A DNA stretch of 64,000 nt from Elusimicrobiota bacterium (GCA_016212885.1 JACRDO010000162.1:4985-68984), one strand, 5' to 3'; shown: positions 8,503-18,302, counted from the first letter of the stretch. Notes: generated by a model from the letters alone, not told the origin. Translations and numbers: made by a program.

Positions 8503-10269
8503 TCAAAACCGGGGGCATCCCCTGCAGGCCTCGGGCGGGTCCGCTCCGAGCATGCGGCTGCGATGCTCGGTCATGGTCTGAGCGTTCCAGATCTCCGCGA
8601 AGGGTCGCCTCAGGAGGTTCCCGATCGGGACATTCGGCTGGCAATCGCAGAGAGTCACATCGCCGCGCACGCCGATCGGGACCGTCTGCCAAGGGGAGAA
8701 GCACCAGGCGTGCCGGCTCGAGCGGCTGTAGAGCTGGCTCGGCGGCAGGAGCAGGAATTCATCGTAGCGCTTCCAGAGGCCGAACTCCTCGATCCCGCGC
8801 ACGGACAGCACGGGCATGCCCGCCCGGAACGCTCTCGAGATTCCGCGGCGGATCGCGGCGGAAACGCGCCTGTTATGGTTGCGCCACAACGTTTTCGGCT
8901 CATTGGCCGCGAAATTGAGGTCCGTCAGCATCAGCCCCTGCACGCCGAGCCCGGCGATCAAATCGAGCAACTCTTCGAAATACGGCACGGTCGCCGCGGA
9001 CACCGCGGAGAACACCGCGGTGGATATCGGGCGCGAGCCTCGCGACGCTGAGACGAAGGCTTTGATGTTCTTGATCACCCGCTCCAGGTCGGTGCCCGGC
9101 CGAACCTCCGACGCGCTGCGCGGGTCCGGCGCGTCGATGCTGAAGGTAATGGACTCCAGGCCGGCCTGCAGGAGTCCGCGCGCCAGGGACGGCTCCAAGA
9201 GCATGGCATTGGTCACGAGCGATGTCCTGCGTCCCTGCGCCGCAGCCGCGGCCACCAGATCCACGACCTGCGGATGCAGGAGCGGTTCGCCCAGGCCCAC
9301 CAGCGTTATACGGTACGCATGCGGCAACAGGCCTAGGACCCTGCCGAACGTCTCACGGTCCATGTCCACGCCCTCCGGCCCGGCCGCGAGAGTGCGCGCG
9401 CAGTAGGCGCAGCGGAGATTGCAGCGGGTCGTGATCTCGACATTGGCGAAGACCGGTTCGTTATCCGCGACGGGCGTCAATCCCGGCCGCATGCCGGCGG
9501 CCCTCTGCGCGCTCGGACAGCGCGCCATGTGCCGGCAAGACGACGGAGAAAGCGTCAGGAACCGCGCCGCGTCGGGCTCGACCGCGGCGAGAGCCCCCAG
9601 GGCGCGTTCTTCATCGGGCGTCTGCGCGTGCACTGCGTCCGCAACGGCGCGAATGACCAGGTCCACGGCCAACGCATGGTTCTCCCCCCGGAACAGATCG
9701 TGTCCGGCGGACGGGACGATCGCAGCGCGTCCAGGCCGCTCGAACCCGTCCCGAGCCCAGGCGAAAGCCTCTTCGCTCGGGACCAGGTCGTCGTCAGCGC
9801 CGTGCAGGACGACGACGGGGAACTTCCCCGCGGCGCGTCGGGAGCCTACGGCGTTGATCAGCGAGACCATCTGCGCGACGGAGAGGAAGGAGATGCCGCT
9901 TCTCTTGGGCCGGTGCCTGGCCCAGCGTTCGAGGTGCGAGGGACCGATCGTCTTCGGCACGGACGCGAGGATCAACAGGGCGGGCTTGAAGGCCGAGTCC
10001 GCGAGCGCCTCGAGCGCCAGGATGCCGCCCGTGGAATGCCCCAGGAGGACGAGGGCGCGTCCTTCCCGCCGGTATCCCTCGACGGCATCGGCGATCGCCT
10101 TGATGAAGCCGGCCTGATCGAAGGACGGGGTCTGGCCGCCGCCGTGGCCTGGCAGACGGAGCCGGGTGACCGAATCATCCCCGTGGACCGCCGCCAACTT
10201 CCGCGACAGCGGCAAGAGGTCGTCGGGCGAGCCCGAGAAGCCGTGCACCAGGACGATGCCGGCGGACAT
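8503..10269 (-). CDS. fusion protein: N-terminal alpha/beta-hydrolase fold, C-terminal radical SAM with SPASM-type auxiliary cluster domain
   Basis: N-terminal VLVHGFSGS and GHSTGG (GxSxG nucleophile elbow). Then an rSAM CxxxCxxC (TTRCNLRCAYC) and a C-terminal Cys-rich SPASM-like tail (TLCDCQPN...ACRGCPRF). Confidence 0.75.
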   Translation of the reverse strand: MSAGIVLVHGFSGSPDDLLPLSRKLAAVHGDDSVTRLRLPGHGGGQTPSFDQAGFIKAIADAVEGYRREGRALVLLGHSTGGILALEALADSAFKPALLILASVPKTIGPSHLERWARHRPKRSGISFLSVAQMVSLINAVGSRRAAGKFPVVVLHGADDDLVPSEEAFAWARDGFERPGRAAIVPSAGHDLFRGENHALAVDLVIRAVADAVHAQTPDEERALGALAAVEPDAARFLTLSPSSCRHMARCPSAQRAAGMRPGLTPVADNEPVFANVEITTRCNLRCAYCARTLAAGPEGVDMDRETFGRVLGLLPHAYRITLVGLGEPLLHPQVVDLVAAAAAQGRRTSLVTNAMLLEPSLARGLLQAGLESITFSIDAPDPRSASEVRPGTDLERVIKNIKAFVSASRGSRPISTAVFSAVSAATVPYFEELLDLIAGLGVQGLMLTDLNFAANEPKTLWRNHNRRVSAAIRRGISRAFRAGMPVLSVRGIEEFGLWKRYDEFLLLPPSQLYSRSSRHAWCFSPWQTVPIGVRGDVTLCDCQPNVPIGNLLRRPFAEIWNAQTMTEHRSRMLGADPPEACRGCPRF

Positions 10270-10270
10270 G

Positions 10271-11506
10271 TCAGCGCGCCTCCAATAGGCCGGCGATCGT
10301 CTCCGCCCCCCGGTATCGCCGGATGGTCCTGCCGATCTCCGCCAGGCGGGTCTTGATCGAGGGATCCCGCACGATGCGGGATATCTTCGACCCTATCTCC
10401 TCGTCGCTCATGCGGTCGAGGGCTTTGGCGTAGACGCCCGGATGGCCTTGGAAGAGCTGAGACGCGATCAGGCGCGCTCCGCAGCCCAGACGTTCCAGAC
10501 AGACGCCGTTGTGCGCCTGTTCCGGCTGGAAAGGCATCACGACCACGGGGACCTCGTACTGCAGGGCTTCGAACACGGTCATCTGCCCGCCGTGCGTGAC
10601 CAGCACGGATGCGCTTGGCCATATCGCCGGGAGCGGCGCGAACGAATAGGCGATGACCCGCGGATCGTCCGGCATGACGGCGAGGAATTCCTTCTGTCCG
10701 CCCGCGGCCAGCGCCACACGGTACCCCCGGTCGACCAGGACCTTGATGATCCTCCTTATGGAAGGCAGGCATTTCGTACAAGTGCCGAACGCCGCGACCG
10801 CGAGCGGGCGGCCGCCATCGAGCCGGGCTTGTGGGTCGAACGCGTCATAGGGCCAGCGGTTCCAGGCGATCGGTCCCACATGGAAGAGGTCCGGTCTTCG
10901 CGGCAGGGGCGCGAACTCCGGGAAATCCCACAGGAACGTCCGCTCTCCCTTGAGCATGTGCCGGATATCGCCGCGGCTGCTCGGCAGGCCGCAGGCCGCG
11001 GCCGCATCCCCGACCTTGGCCCCCGCGTAGCGGTAAAAGCCTTCGAGATCGGCCCGCTGCGCCTCCCGGCCGGGATCGCCGGCGTCGTATCCCAGGACCT
11101 CCTCGGAATCGGGCGTCATGCACCCGCAGATGAGGGAATCATAGGGGATCCCGGCGATCCGAGCCGAAGCCTTGAGCGTGAAGCGGAACACCCCGAGAAC
11201 GCGGTCCGGCCGGTGCGCCCTCAGCAGATCGACTTCCGCCCGGATGCAGTCAATTATCGTCCGGGGCCGCCGGAACCACTCCACGGACGGGAACACGGAT
11301 TCGTCGGACTCCTGGATGTCGGGCAGGATCAGATGTTCGATGGCGAGCTGGCGGAGGAAGAGCGAATGATTGCTGCCGACGGCGACCTGCGCCTCCTGGC
11401 CTCGCTTTGCGAGCGCTTCGCCGACCGCCAGGCATTTGACGACGTGCGAGAGCGAGTTGTTGCCGGGGATCAACAGATATCTCTTGCGGACGGCCGATCC
11501 CATCAT
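10271..11506 (-). CDS. GT1-family (GT-B, MGT/UDP-glycosyltransferase-like) glycosyltransferase
   Basis: C-terminal donor-binding signature VTHGGQMTVFEALQYEVPVVVMPFQPEQAHNG. 411 aa. Confidence 0.75.
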   Translation of the reverse strand: MMGSAVRKRYLLIPGNNSLSHVVKCLAVGEALAKRGQEAQVAVGSNHSLFLRQLAIEHLILPDIQESDESVFPSVEWFRRPRTIIDCIRAEVDLLRAHRPDRVLGVFRFTLKASARIAGIPYDSLICGCMTPDSEEVLGYDAGDPGREAQRADLEGFYRYAGAKVGDAAAACGLPSSRGDIRHMLKGERTFLWDFPEFAPLPRRPDLFHVGPIAWNRWPYDAFDPQARLDGGRPLAVAAFGTCTKCLPSIRRIIKVLVDRGYRVALAAGGQKEFLAVMPDDPRVIAYSFAPLPAIWPSASVLVTHGGQMTVFEALQYEVPVVVMPFQPEQAHNGVCLERLGCGARLIASQLFQGHPGVYAKALDRMSDEEIGSKISRIVRDPSIKTRLAEIGRTIRRYRGAETIAGLLEAR

Positions 11507-12076
11507 CTATTCCCCCTCCTCGCTTTCCTGCAGAGTGTGGATCTTCATGCGGTACCCCAAGCCGAGGTGCTCGAACTCCAGGTCGCTATGGAGCCGGTCC
11601 GCGCCGCCGTAGCGGATGCGCACCACCGCCTCTCCGTCCTTGAGCAGGGTCCGTTCGGAGCCCGTGTCCTGAAGATTCCAGGCCGGACCTGGGAGCGCGG
11701 CTTGGACCGCGGCGGCCGGCCAGGAGGCGAGCTGGACGTCGCGCAGGATGAGCTTCAGCGCAAGCCCCTTGGGGATGGAGCGGTCCCGCTCTTCGATGAG
11801 CTTCTCGCCGTCCCATCTCAGGGAGAGCATGCGGGTGCCGAAGGGACTCAATCCGACCAGCACCACCTCGGTCGTGGAAACCTCCACGAGGGCGGTGCTG
11901 TCGAAACGCGTCGTTCCTCTCTCGAAGGACACCTCCTGGGTCATGCTCGCCTCGAAGCCGGCTTCGGACGGCGCAAGGAGGAAGAGCCCGGGGTCGAGCC
12001 GGCGCCTGGCGGTCGCGTCGCAGCCGGGCAGAAGCAGCGCCAAGCCGAGCAGAACGAAGGCGTTGTTCCCTTTCAT
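11507..12076 (-). CDS. lipoprotein (ApeN/DUF3261-like position in the export module)
   Basis: Signal peptide with lipobox (LLLPGCD). The start was set at MKGNNAF (ATG at 12076); the track ORF 11507..13267 is an out-of-frame read-through. Assignment is by position after the MMPL exporter. Confidence 0.5.
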   Translation of the reverse strand: MKGNNAFVLLGLALLLPGCDATARRRLDPGLFLLAPSEAGFEASMTQEVSFERGTTRFDSTALVEVSTTEVVLVGLSPFGTRMLSLRWDGEKLIEERDRSIPKGLALKLILRDVQLASWPAAAVQAALPGPAWNLQDTGSERTLLKDGEAVVRIRYGGADRLHSDLEFEHLGLGYRMKIHTLQESEEGE

Positions 12077-14418
12077 GAAGTCTCGTTCCCCCGGAAGCAC
12101 GGCCCCAGCAGCCACGACAAACCGATGCCCAGGAGCATGCTGAGGCCGAATGTGTGCAGAGCCGGGGTCCGGCTGAGCGCCAGCAGCCCGAAGGACAGCA
12201 GCGTGGTCATGGCGGCCAGCGAGGAACTCAGCAGGGCGACCCGGTGGTCGCCGGCGCGGCGGTCCTGGAGGAATATCCCATAATCGATCCCCGTGCTCAG
12301 AACGAGGGCCAGCCCCAGGATGCAGAACAGGTTCGAGTTCTGCCCGGTCAGGCCGAAAATGCCGAGCGTATAGAGCGACGCGAGCATCGTGGGGGCGACC
12401 ACCCTCCATGTCCGGCGCCGGTACGTCGCGAAGAGGCAGGCGGCCACCAGCAGATGGCCCAGGACCAGAAGCCGGCCGATGCCGATGCGCAAGCCCCGCA
12501 TCATCTTCGAAAGGTCGAAGAGGTGGTCCACGAAGACCGTCCCCGGCTGGCGCCCCGCCAGTTCCTTGAGCGCCTCTACGGACCGCGGCCCGCCGACACC
12601 GCTGAGAGTGACCGCCGCAGACCAGCCCTCCGCGGTCCGCCCCATCCACAGCGAACGGAAAGGCTCCGACAGCGGCGAATCCAGCCATGTCCGGGGCGTC
12701 AGGGGCGCTGGCGGCGGAACCTCGGCCTGGCGGCGGGCCAGCAGGGCCGCCTCGGGCGAACCCAGGCCGCCGAACAGCTTGGACGCCAAGGCGCCGTCCC
12801 GGTATATCCGCCGCCACATCAGCGCGCGATCGGCTTCCTGCCGTCGCAGCGAAGGCACGAACTGCGAGACGGACTGGAAGTCCGCGATATGCCCTTGCCG
12901 CCGGGCCGCCTCGAGGCCCTCGGCCAAGGTCTCCGAGCGCTCGAGCAGGGTCTGCTCGTCGGGCGCGCTCAGCAGGAAGAATTGGCCGGCCCCCGGCAGG
13001 CGCATGAGCCTTTCCACGCGTTCCTGTTCGCGCATCAGCTCCGAGGAAGGGATGAAGAGCCGGCGCACATCGTCGTCCGGGCGCAGCCGGGTCATGCCCC
13101 AGAAGGACAGGCCCAGCAGCCCCGCGATCGCCGCCATCATGCCCCAGCCGCGGTCCAGGCTCGGCCAACGGGCATGCGCCCGCTCGAGAAAACCGGGCAG
13201 GGGTCCTAGATGGACATCGGGCATGCGGCGGCTGAGCCCGGGCAGCCAAGCCGCGACGCTCAGCCACGCGCCGCCCAGGCCCAGGATGCTGAAGACAGCC
13301 ATCTCCCTGAGGATGGGGAACGGCAGGGCCGCCAGTACCGCATAGCCGACCAGGCTCGTCGTCAGTGCCATCCCCAGCGTCGGCAGGATGCCCTTAATCC
13401 GCGCCCCGGCGTCCCAGACCCGGGTTGGATCGGCGCAGCCCGATACGTAAAGGATGCCGTAGTCCACGGCCACGCCGATGACGCTCGTTCCGAAGACGAA
13501 AGTCAGAAGATGCAGACGTTCGAAGAACATCCGGCTCAGGCCCATGGCGAGGAGACAGCCGACGCCGATGGGAAGCATGACGAGGGCCAGGGGCTTGAAG
13601 GAGCCGAACGTCAGGAGCATCAGGAGGACGATCCCGAGCAGCGAGCCCACGGCGATTGTGGACATCTCACGCTGGGCCTGCCGGGAGGCTCGGGCGCTGT
13701 GCAGGACGAATCCGGCGCGCAGGACATCCTCGGCGCCCGCCTGCTTCGCCGCGCGCACGGCGGCGTCGAGCGCGTTCGAGAGAGCCTGCTGCTCGGCGAT
13801 GGAGGCTGGATGGCCGGACAGCTCCACGAACACGACCACCCATGCGCCGCCCCCCTCCGGGATCGTGAGCCGGTCTCCGGTTGCGCTCAGGGAGCTCCGG
13901 GACGCCGCTTCCAGCAGGTTCTCGGTGAACAAGCCGAAGGGATCGGATTCCAGCGGGGCCAGGCGCGGCGGCCCGATCGGGCTGTAGAGGCTCTGCGTGG
14001 CGCGTGAGAGCAGGGCCGAATCGGGCTCCTGGCGCAGACGCTCGCGCTGGGCCGGGGTGAGCAGGCGGTAGCGCCAAGGGAGATAGAAATCCCGGGCCGC
14101 GCCGAAGACGTCAGCCTCCAGCCGGGACATGACGTGCGCGATGCCGGCCCGGCCCTTGAGCGCGTCGGAACAGGCATCCGCGGCCCGGCCGGCCGCCTCT
14201 ATGTCCCGGTGCCGCAGCAGCACCACAACACGGCGGGACCCGGCCTCGGCCATGCGCCCGACCGCCTGACTCACCAGCGGGCGCCGGCTGTCGGTGGGCA
14301 GCAGGGCCATGAGGTCCGTCTCATAGCCCGTGCCGCGGGCGCGACTCCAAAGCAGGAGCCCCCCGGCCAGGGCGGTCAAGGCCGCGAGGATGAAGGGGAG
14401 TATCCGCGGCCTATTCAA
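12073..14418 (-). CDS. MMPL/RND-superfamily predicted exporter (ApeM/HpnN-like)
   Basis: 781 aa with two blocks of TM helices separated by large periplasmic loops, the typical RND/MMPL topology. Sits next to a LolA-like gene, as in APE clusters. Confidence 0.75.
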   Translation of the reverse strand: MNRPRILPFILAALTALAGGLLLWSRARGTGYETDLMALLPTDSRRPLVSQAVGRMAEAGSRRVVVLLRHRDIEAAGRAADACSDALKGRAGIAHVMSRLEADVFGAARDFYLPWRYRLLTPAQRERLRQEPDSALLSRATQSLYSPIGPPRLAPLESDPFGLFTENLLEAASRSSLSATGDRLTIPEGGGAWVVVFVELSGHPASIAEQQALSNALDAAVRAAKQAGAEDVLRAGFVLHSARASRQAQREMSTIAVGSLLGIVLLMLLTFGSFKPLALVMLPIGVGCLLAMGLSRMFFERLHLLTFVFGTSVIGVAVDYGILYVSGCADPTRVWDAGARIKGILPTLGMALTTSLVGYAVLAALPFPILREMAVFSILGLGGAWLSVAAWLPGLSRRMPDVHLGPLPGFLERAHARWPSLDRGWGMMAAIAGLLGLSFWGMTRLRPDDDVRRLFIPSSELMREQERVERLMRLPGAGQFFLLSAPDEQTLLERSETLAEGLEAARRQGHIADFQSVSQFVPSLRRQEADRALMWRRIYRDGALASKLFGGLGSPEAALLARRQAEVPPPAPLTPRTWLDSPLSEPFRSLWMGRTAEGWSAAVTLSGVGGPRSVEALKELAGRQPGTVFVDHLFDLSKMMRGLRIGIGRLLVLGHLLVAACLFATYRRRTWRVVAPTMLASLYTLGIFGLTGQNSNLFCILGLALVLSTGIDYGIFLQDRRAGDHRVALLSSSLAAMTTLLSFGLLALSRTPALHTFGLSMLLGIGLSWLLGPCFRGNETS

Positions 14419-15010
14419 AAGACGCGCTCTCGGCTCCGCTCAACTCCGCGCCCAGCTTCACGTCGCTGAAATCGATCACGGTGCGGTCGCCGTTGGCTTC
14501 CGATATCTCGATCTTTTCCAGGGTCTTGCCGCCCTGCAGGCGGATCTGGGCGACGACCTTGGCCACCAGGGCCTCCTTGGGCTTCAGCTCGGCCTTCCAG
14601 CGGCCCTCGACCAGCGGCGGCCCCGTGATGTCGAAATGCCGCTTGAGCTCGCCCACGTCCGCGGAGAAGACCGCGAAGAGGACCTTGCTGATCAACCGGA
14701 GAGCCGGCTGGTCCTCGGCCCGCATCCGGAAGCCCACTTTGCCGTCCTTGATCTGCGCGACCTCGACGGCAGTGATCTTTATGGCGCTGAGCGCCGGCTT
14801 GAGCGTGCGCCAGAGCGCGCCCTTGTCCTTCGCCAGCACGAAATCGCCCGAGGAACGCAGGGGCCTCTTGATGATTTTGATGGTTTTGACCTGTTGGAAG
14901 CGTCCCCGCAGGACGGTGAAGGGGGTCAACTGCTTCTGGATGTCCTCGACGATGCCTGGATGCGCCGTCGCGGGAAGAATGACCAGCAGGATTGCGAGCA
15001 GGGCCTTCAT
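14411..15010 (-). CDS. LolA-like outer-membrane lipoprotein carrier family protein (ApeL-like)
   Basis: Signal peptide (MKALLAILLVILPATAHP). About 200 aa beta-rich periplasmic protein. Overlaps the exporter start by 8 nt. Confidence 0.6.
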   Translation of the reverse strand: MKALLAILLVILPATAHPGIVEDIQKQLTPFTVLRGRFQQVKTIKIIKRPLRSSGDFVLAKDKGALWRTLKPALSAIKITAVEVAQIKDGKVGFRMRAEDQPALRLISKVLFAVFSADVGELKRHFDITGPPLVEGRWKAELKPKEALVAKVVAQIRLQGGKTLEKIEISEANGDRTVIDFSDVKLGAELSGAESASFE

Positions 15011-15145
15011 GGTTCATGATGTTACACAACCGTTCTTCTGCCGTCAAACCCTGCCTTGCCCCCGGCAGGCTATCTCTTAATGACCCATTTTGTTAAACTA
15101 AAAACTCGTCCGTCAACGACGAGCCAAACATCCGCGCGATCCGGC

Positions 15146-17767
15146 ATGAAGATCAAGCTCATCTATCCGAAGTGGCCGAAACTGGCGCGGCAGACGGAGT
15201 TTCATCTGCCGCCGCACGGCCCGGTCTGCTTCGCAGCCACCGTGCCCGCCGAAGACGAACTCGTCTTCACCGATGAGAACCTGGAGGCCATCGACTTCGA
15301 CGACCAGGCCGACCTCATAGCCATCTCCTGCCTGCTGACCTGCCAGATGCCGCGGGGTTGGGAGATCGCGGACCGCTTCCGCGCGCAGGGCGTCCCCGTC
15401 ATCTTCGGCGGCATCGGGACCATGCTGCATGCCGCGCAGACCCTGCAGCATGCGGATTCGGTCTTCCTGGGAGAGACCGAAGGCCGCTTCGGAGAGGTCA
15501 TCGCAGACATGAAGCGCAAGAGCCTCAAGAAGGCGTATGACTTCCAGCACGATTTTCCCGACATAAGGATGGTGGGGCCGGCGCGGCGGGACATACTCAA
15601 CCGGAAGCTGTACAACTACCGCGGCGTGCAGATGGTCGACCTCCTCCACGCCTCGCGCGGCTGCCGGTTCGACTGCTACCCCTGCTGCGCGAGATTCCTG
15701 GGCGGCCGCTCATTCAGGCCGCGGCCGATCGACCAGGTGCTCCGGGAAGTCGAATCCATCGACAACAACCGTCTATTCTTCGTGGACAACTCGATGGCCC
15801 AGAACGACCAGTGGGAGAAGAACCTGTTCCAGGCCCTGGCCCCGCTCAAGAAGCATTGGATCTGCCATCCCATCAAGGACGACGACGAGATCCTGGACCT
15901 TGCGGCCCGAGCGGGCTGCTGGTATGTCTACCAGGCGATATTCGACGTCTCCGAGCGCATCCGCAGCCGCGTCAAGCGCCTGAAGGAGCGCGGCATCGGC
16001 GTCGAAGGGACGATCCTGCTCGGCCTTGACGAGCAGGACGAGGACGACATCAAACGGCTCGTCGACTTCCTGCTCGATATCGAGCTGGACCTGGCCGAGT
16101 TCACCGTCCTGACGCCGTTCCCGCACACCCCGGCCCGCGAAGCCCTGGCAAAGGCGGGCCGCATCCTGAGCGACGACTGGCGGCGCTACACCGGCGGGGA
16201 GGTTGTGTTCCAGCCGGCGCGGATGTCCCCGGCGAAGCTCCAGGAGCTCTACCACTACGCCTGGGACGCCTTTTACCCGAACAACAGCCAGAACCTGGCG
16301 ATGGCCAAGCTCTTCATGAAGGTCGTCGGGAAGGAACGGGGCGAGGGGACGTATCGCCGGCCGCAGCTGCTCTCAGCGGGATGGGAGGCGAAGCGCCGCC
16401 GTCGCGCAATGAAGATCCTGCTGATCTCGCCGAACCTGACGCTGTCCCCCTATCCGGTCTACCCCCTCGGCATGGGCATGATCGCCGCGGCCCTGCAGGA
16501 CGCCGGCCACGAGGTCCGGCAGCTCGATCTCCTGCAGCTGGGCCCCGGTCTCGACGCCGTGGCGCGCGAGGTCCGGCGGTTCAAGCCAGGCCTCGTCGGG
16601 CTCTCGGTGCGCAACATCGACAACGTCAACCTCCTGAACGAACAGCACTACATCCGGAACATCCGGGCCGTCGTTGCCAAGGTCCGGGAGGCCACGGACG
16701 CGCGGGTGCTGCTCGGCGGCGCCGGGTTCTCGCTGATGCCGGAGCTCATCCTGCGGGAGGTCGGGGCGGATTACGGCATCGTCGGAGAGGGGGAGGCCCT
16801 GGCGGTCGAGTTCGCGCGCAACGCCCAGGCGGGGACGTTCCCCGCGGAGCCCATCATCCGCTCGGACGGCTGGATCCCCGGCGGCCGGATCGGCCCGGCG
16901 CTCTACGACGAGAGCCTGCTCCCGTTCTACCTGAGCAGGGGCCGCATCGCCTCGGTCCAGACCAAGAGGGGCTGCGCCTCCCGGTGCGTGTACTGCACCT
17001 ATCCCCTGCTCGAAGGCGCGCGCCTGCGCGCGAGGGAGCCCCGGTCCGTCGTGGACGACATCGTGCGCCTGCGCGACCGGCACCAGGCGAAGCACATCTT
17101 CTTCGTGGACTCGGTCTTCAACGACGACGAAAAGACCTATCTCGCAGTCGTCGCGGAGATGGAGCGCCGAGGCGTCTGCATGCCCTGGACCGGCTTCTTT
17201 AAGCCTGGCGGCCTCGACGATGAGACCGTCGCGCGCATGAAGCGCACGGGCTTCGCGGCGGCCGAGATCGGCGCGGACGCCGCGTGCGACACGACGCTCC
17301 TCAGGCTCGGGAAGGATTTCACATTCCGCGAGGTCAGGGAATGCAACGACCTCCTCGCGCGCCACGGGGTCGCTGCGGCCCACTACTTCATGTTCGGAGG
17401 CCCCGGCGAGACGCCGGAAACCGTGCGGGAGGGCATACGGAACGTCCTGGGGCTCAAAGACTGCGTGGCCGTCATCTTCATGGGAATCCGCATCCTGCCC
17501 GATACGCCGCTGGCTCGGCTCGCGGTCAAGGAGGGCGTCATCGCTCCCGGCCAGGGGCTCCTGGACCCGGCCTACTATGTATCCCCGGGCGTAGACCGGG
17601 AATGGCTCGAGCGCGCTTTGACCGAGGCCTTCGCAGGGGTGCGCCGCTGCGTATTCCCCCCCGACTCCCTGGACGGCCATGTCATGGCCTTCCACAAGAT
17701 GGGCTACACGGGCCCCCTGTGGGAGATGCTCCTCCCCCGCAGAAGTCTTAGAAGAAGAAGACCTTGA
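15146..17767 (+). CDS. tandem B12-binding radical SAM protein (two complete class-B rSAM modules in one polypeptide)
   Basis: Module 1: MKIKLIYP... B12-like domain plus CxxxCxxC (SRGCRFDCYPC). Module 2 begins at MKILLISPN..., with a second B12-like domain plus CxxxCxxC (KRGCASRCVYCTYP). There is no stop between the modules. Alternative starts are at 15056 and 15083. Confidence 0.75.
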   Translation: MKIKLIYPKWPKLARQTEFHLPPHGPVCFAATVPAEDELVFTDENLEAIDFDDQADLIAISCLLTCQMPRGWEIADRFRAQGVPVIFGGIGTMLHAAQTLQHADSVFLGETEGRFGEVIADMKRKSLKKAYDFQHDFPDIRMVGPARRDILNRKLYNYRGVQMVDLLHASRGCRFDCYPCCARFLGGRSFRPRPIDQVLREVESIDNNRLFFVDNSMAQNDQWEKNLFQALAPLKKHWICHPIKDDDEILDLAARAGCWYVYQAIFDVSERIRSRVKRLKERGIGVEGTILLGLDEQDEDDIKRLVDFLLDIELDLAEFTVLTPFPHTPAREALAKAGRILSDDWRRYTGGEVVFQPARMSPAKLQELYHYAWDAFYPNNSQNLAMAKLFMKVVGKERGEGTYRRPQLLSAGWEAKRRRRAMKILLISPNLTLSPYPVYPLGMGMIAAALQDAGHEVRQLDLLQLGPGLDAVAREVRRFKPGLVGLSVRNIDNVNLLNEQHYIRNIRAVVAKVREATDARVLLGGAGFSLMPELILREVGADYGIVGEGEALAVEFARNAQAGTFPAEPIIRSDGWIPGGRIGPALYDESLLPFYLSRGRIASVQTKRGCASRCVYCTYPLLEGARLRAREPRSVVDDIVRLRDRHQAKHIFFVDSVFNDDEKTYLAVVAEMERRGVCMPWTGFFKPGGLDDETVARMKRTGFAAAEIGADAACDTTLLRLGKDFTFREVRECNDLLARHGVAAAHYFMFGGPGETPETVREGIRNVLGLKDCVAVIFMGIRILPDTPLARLAVKEGVIAPGQGLLDPAYYVSPGVDREWLERALTEAFAGVRRCVFPPDSLDGHVMAFHKMGYTGPLWEMLLPRRSLRRRRP

Positions 17768-18302
17768 CCTGCGCGAGCAGCGTAACGACGTTGGCGCTAT
17801 AGTCGATGTAGGCGCTCGACATCGCGGTGTGGTCCCACCGCAGTTCCGGGCCGATCGCGATGCGCTCCTTGACGAAGAAGTCCGCCCCGCCGTTGAACCC
17901 GAAGCCGACGATGCCGATGGAATCCGTGCCCGTCATCGTGATGCCTCCGACGGTAAATCCCGTCCCCACGTACGGGACGACCTTCGGGTTCGGGAAGAAG
18001 TGCCATTTCACGAACGGCGCCACTGAGGTGTAGGTCAGGGTAGTGCCGCCGGATTTCATCCCCGTCACGAAGAACGCGGTGCCGACCTCGAGGGGCTGCG
18101 TGATGAAGTACCCGACCCCGCCTCCCAGAAGCGACTGGCTCGATGACCCCCCCTGACTGGGAGATGTCTTCGAGTAGGAGCCCAGGAGGCTGAGTTCCAG
18201 GTTCCCTTTCGATATGAAATCGTCCAAGGCCGACGCCGGGACGAACGGCGCCGTCATCGTGGCCACGAGCAGCAAGAGCCCGACGGTCTTCTTCGTCGTC
18301 AT
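17748..18302 (-). CDS. outer-membrane beta-barrel protein (OmpW/OmpA-like small porin family)
   Basis: Signal peptide, alternating amphipathic beta-strand pattern and a C-terminal ...VKVFFF (terminal Phe). Preceded by AGGAGGG. Confidence 0.65.
   Translation of the reverse strand: MTTKKTVGLLLLVATMTAPFVPASALDDFISKGNLELSLLGSYSKTSPSQGGSSSQSLLGGGVGYFITQPLEVGTAFFVTGMKSGGTTLTYTSVAPFVKWHFFPNPKVVPYVGTGFTVGGITMTGTDSIGIVGFGFNGGADFFVKERIAIGPELRWDHTAMSSAYIDYSANVVTLLAQVKVFFF

Noticed and set aside
11507-13267. 586-aa track ORF
   Set aside because: Its N-terminal two-thirds are an out-of-frame read through the MMPL exporter gene. Only the last about 190 codons (lipoprotein with lipobox) are credible.
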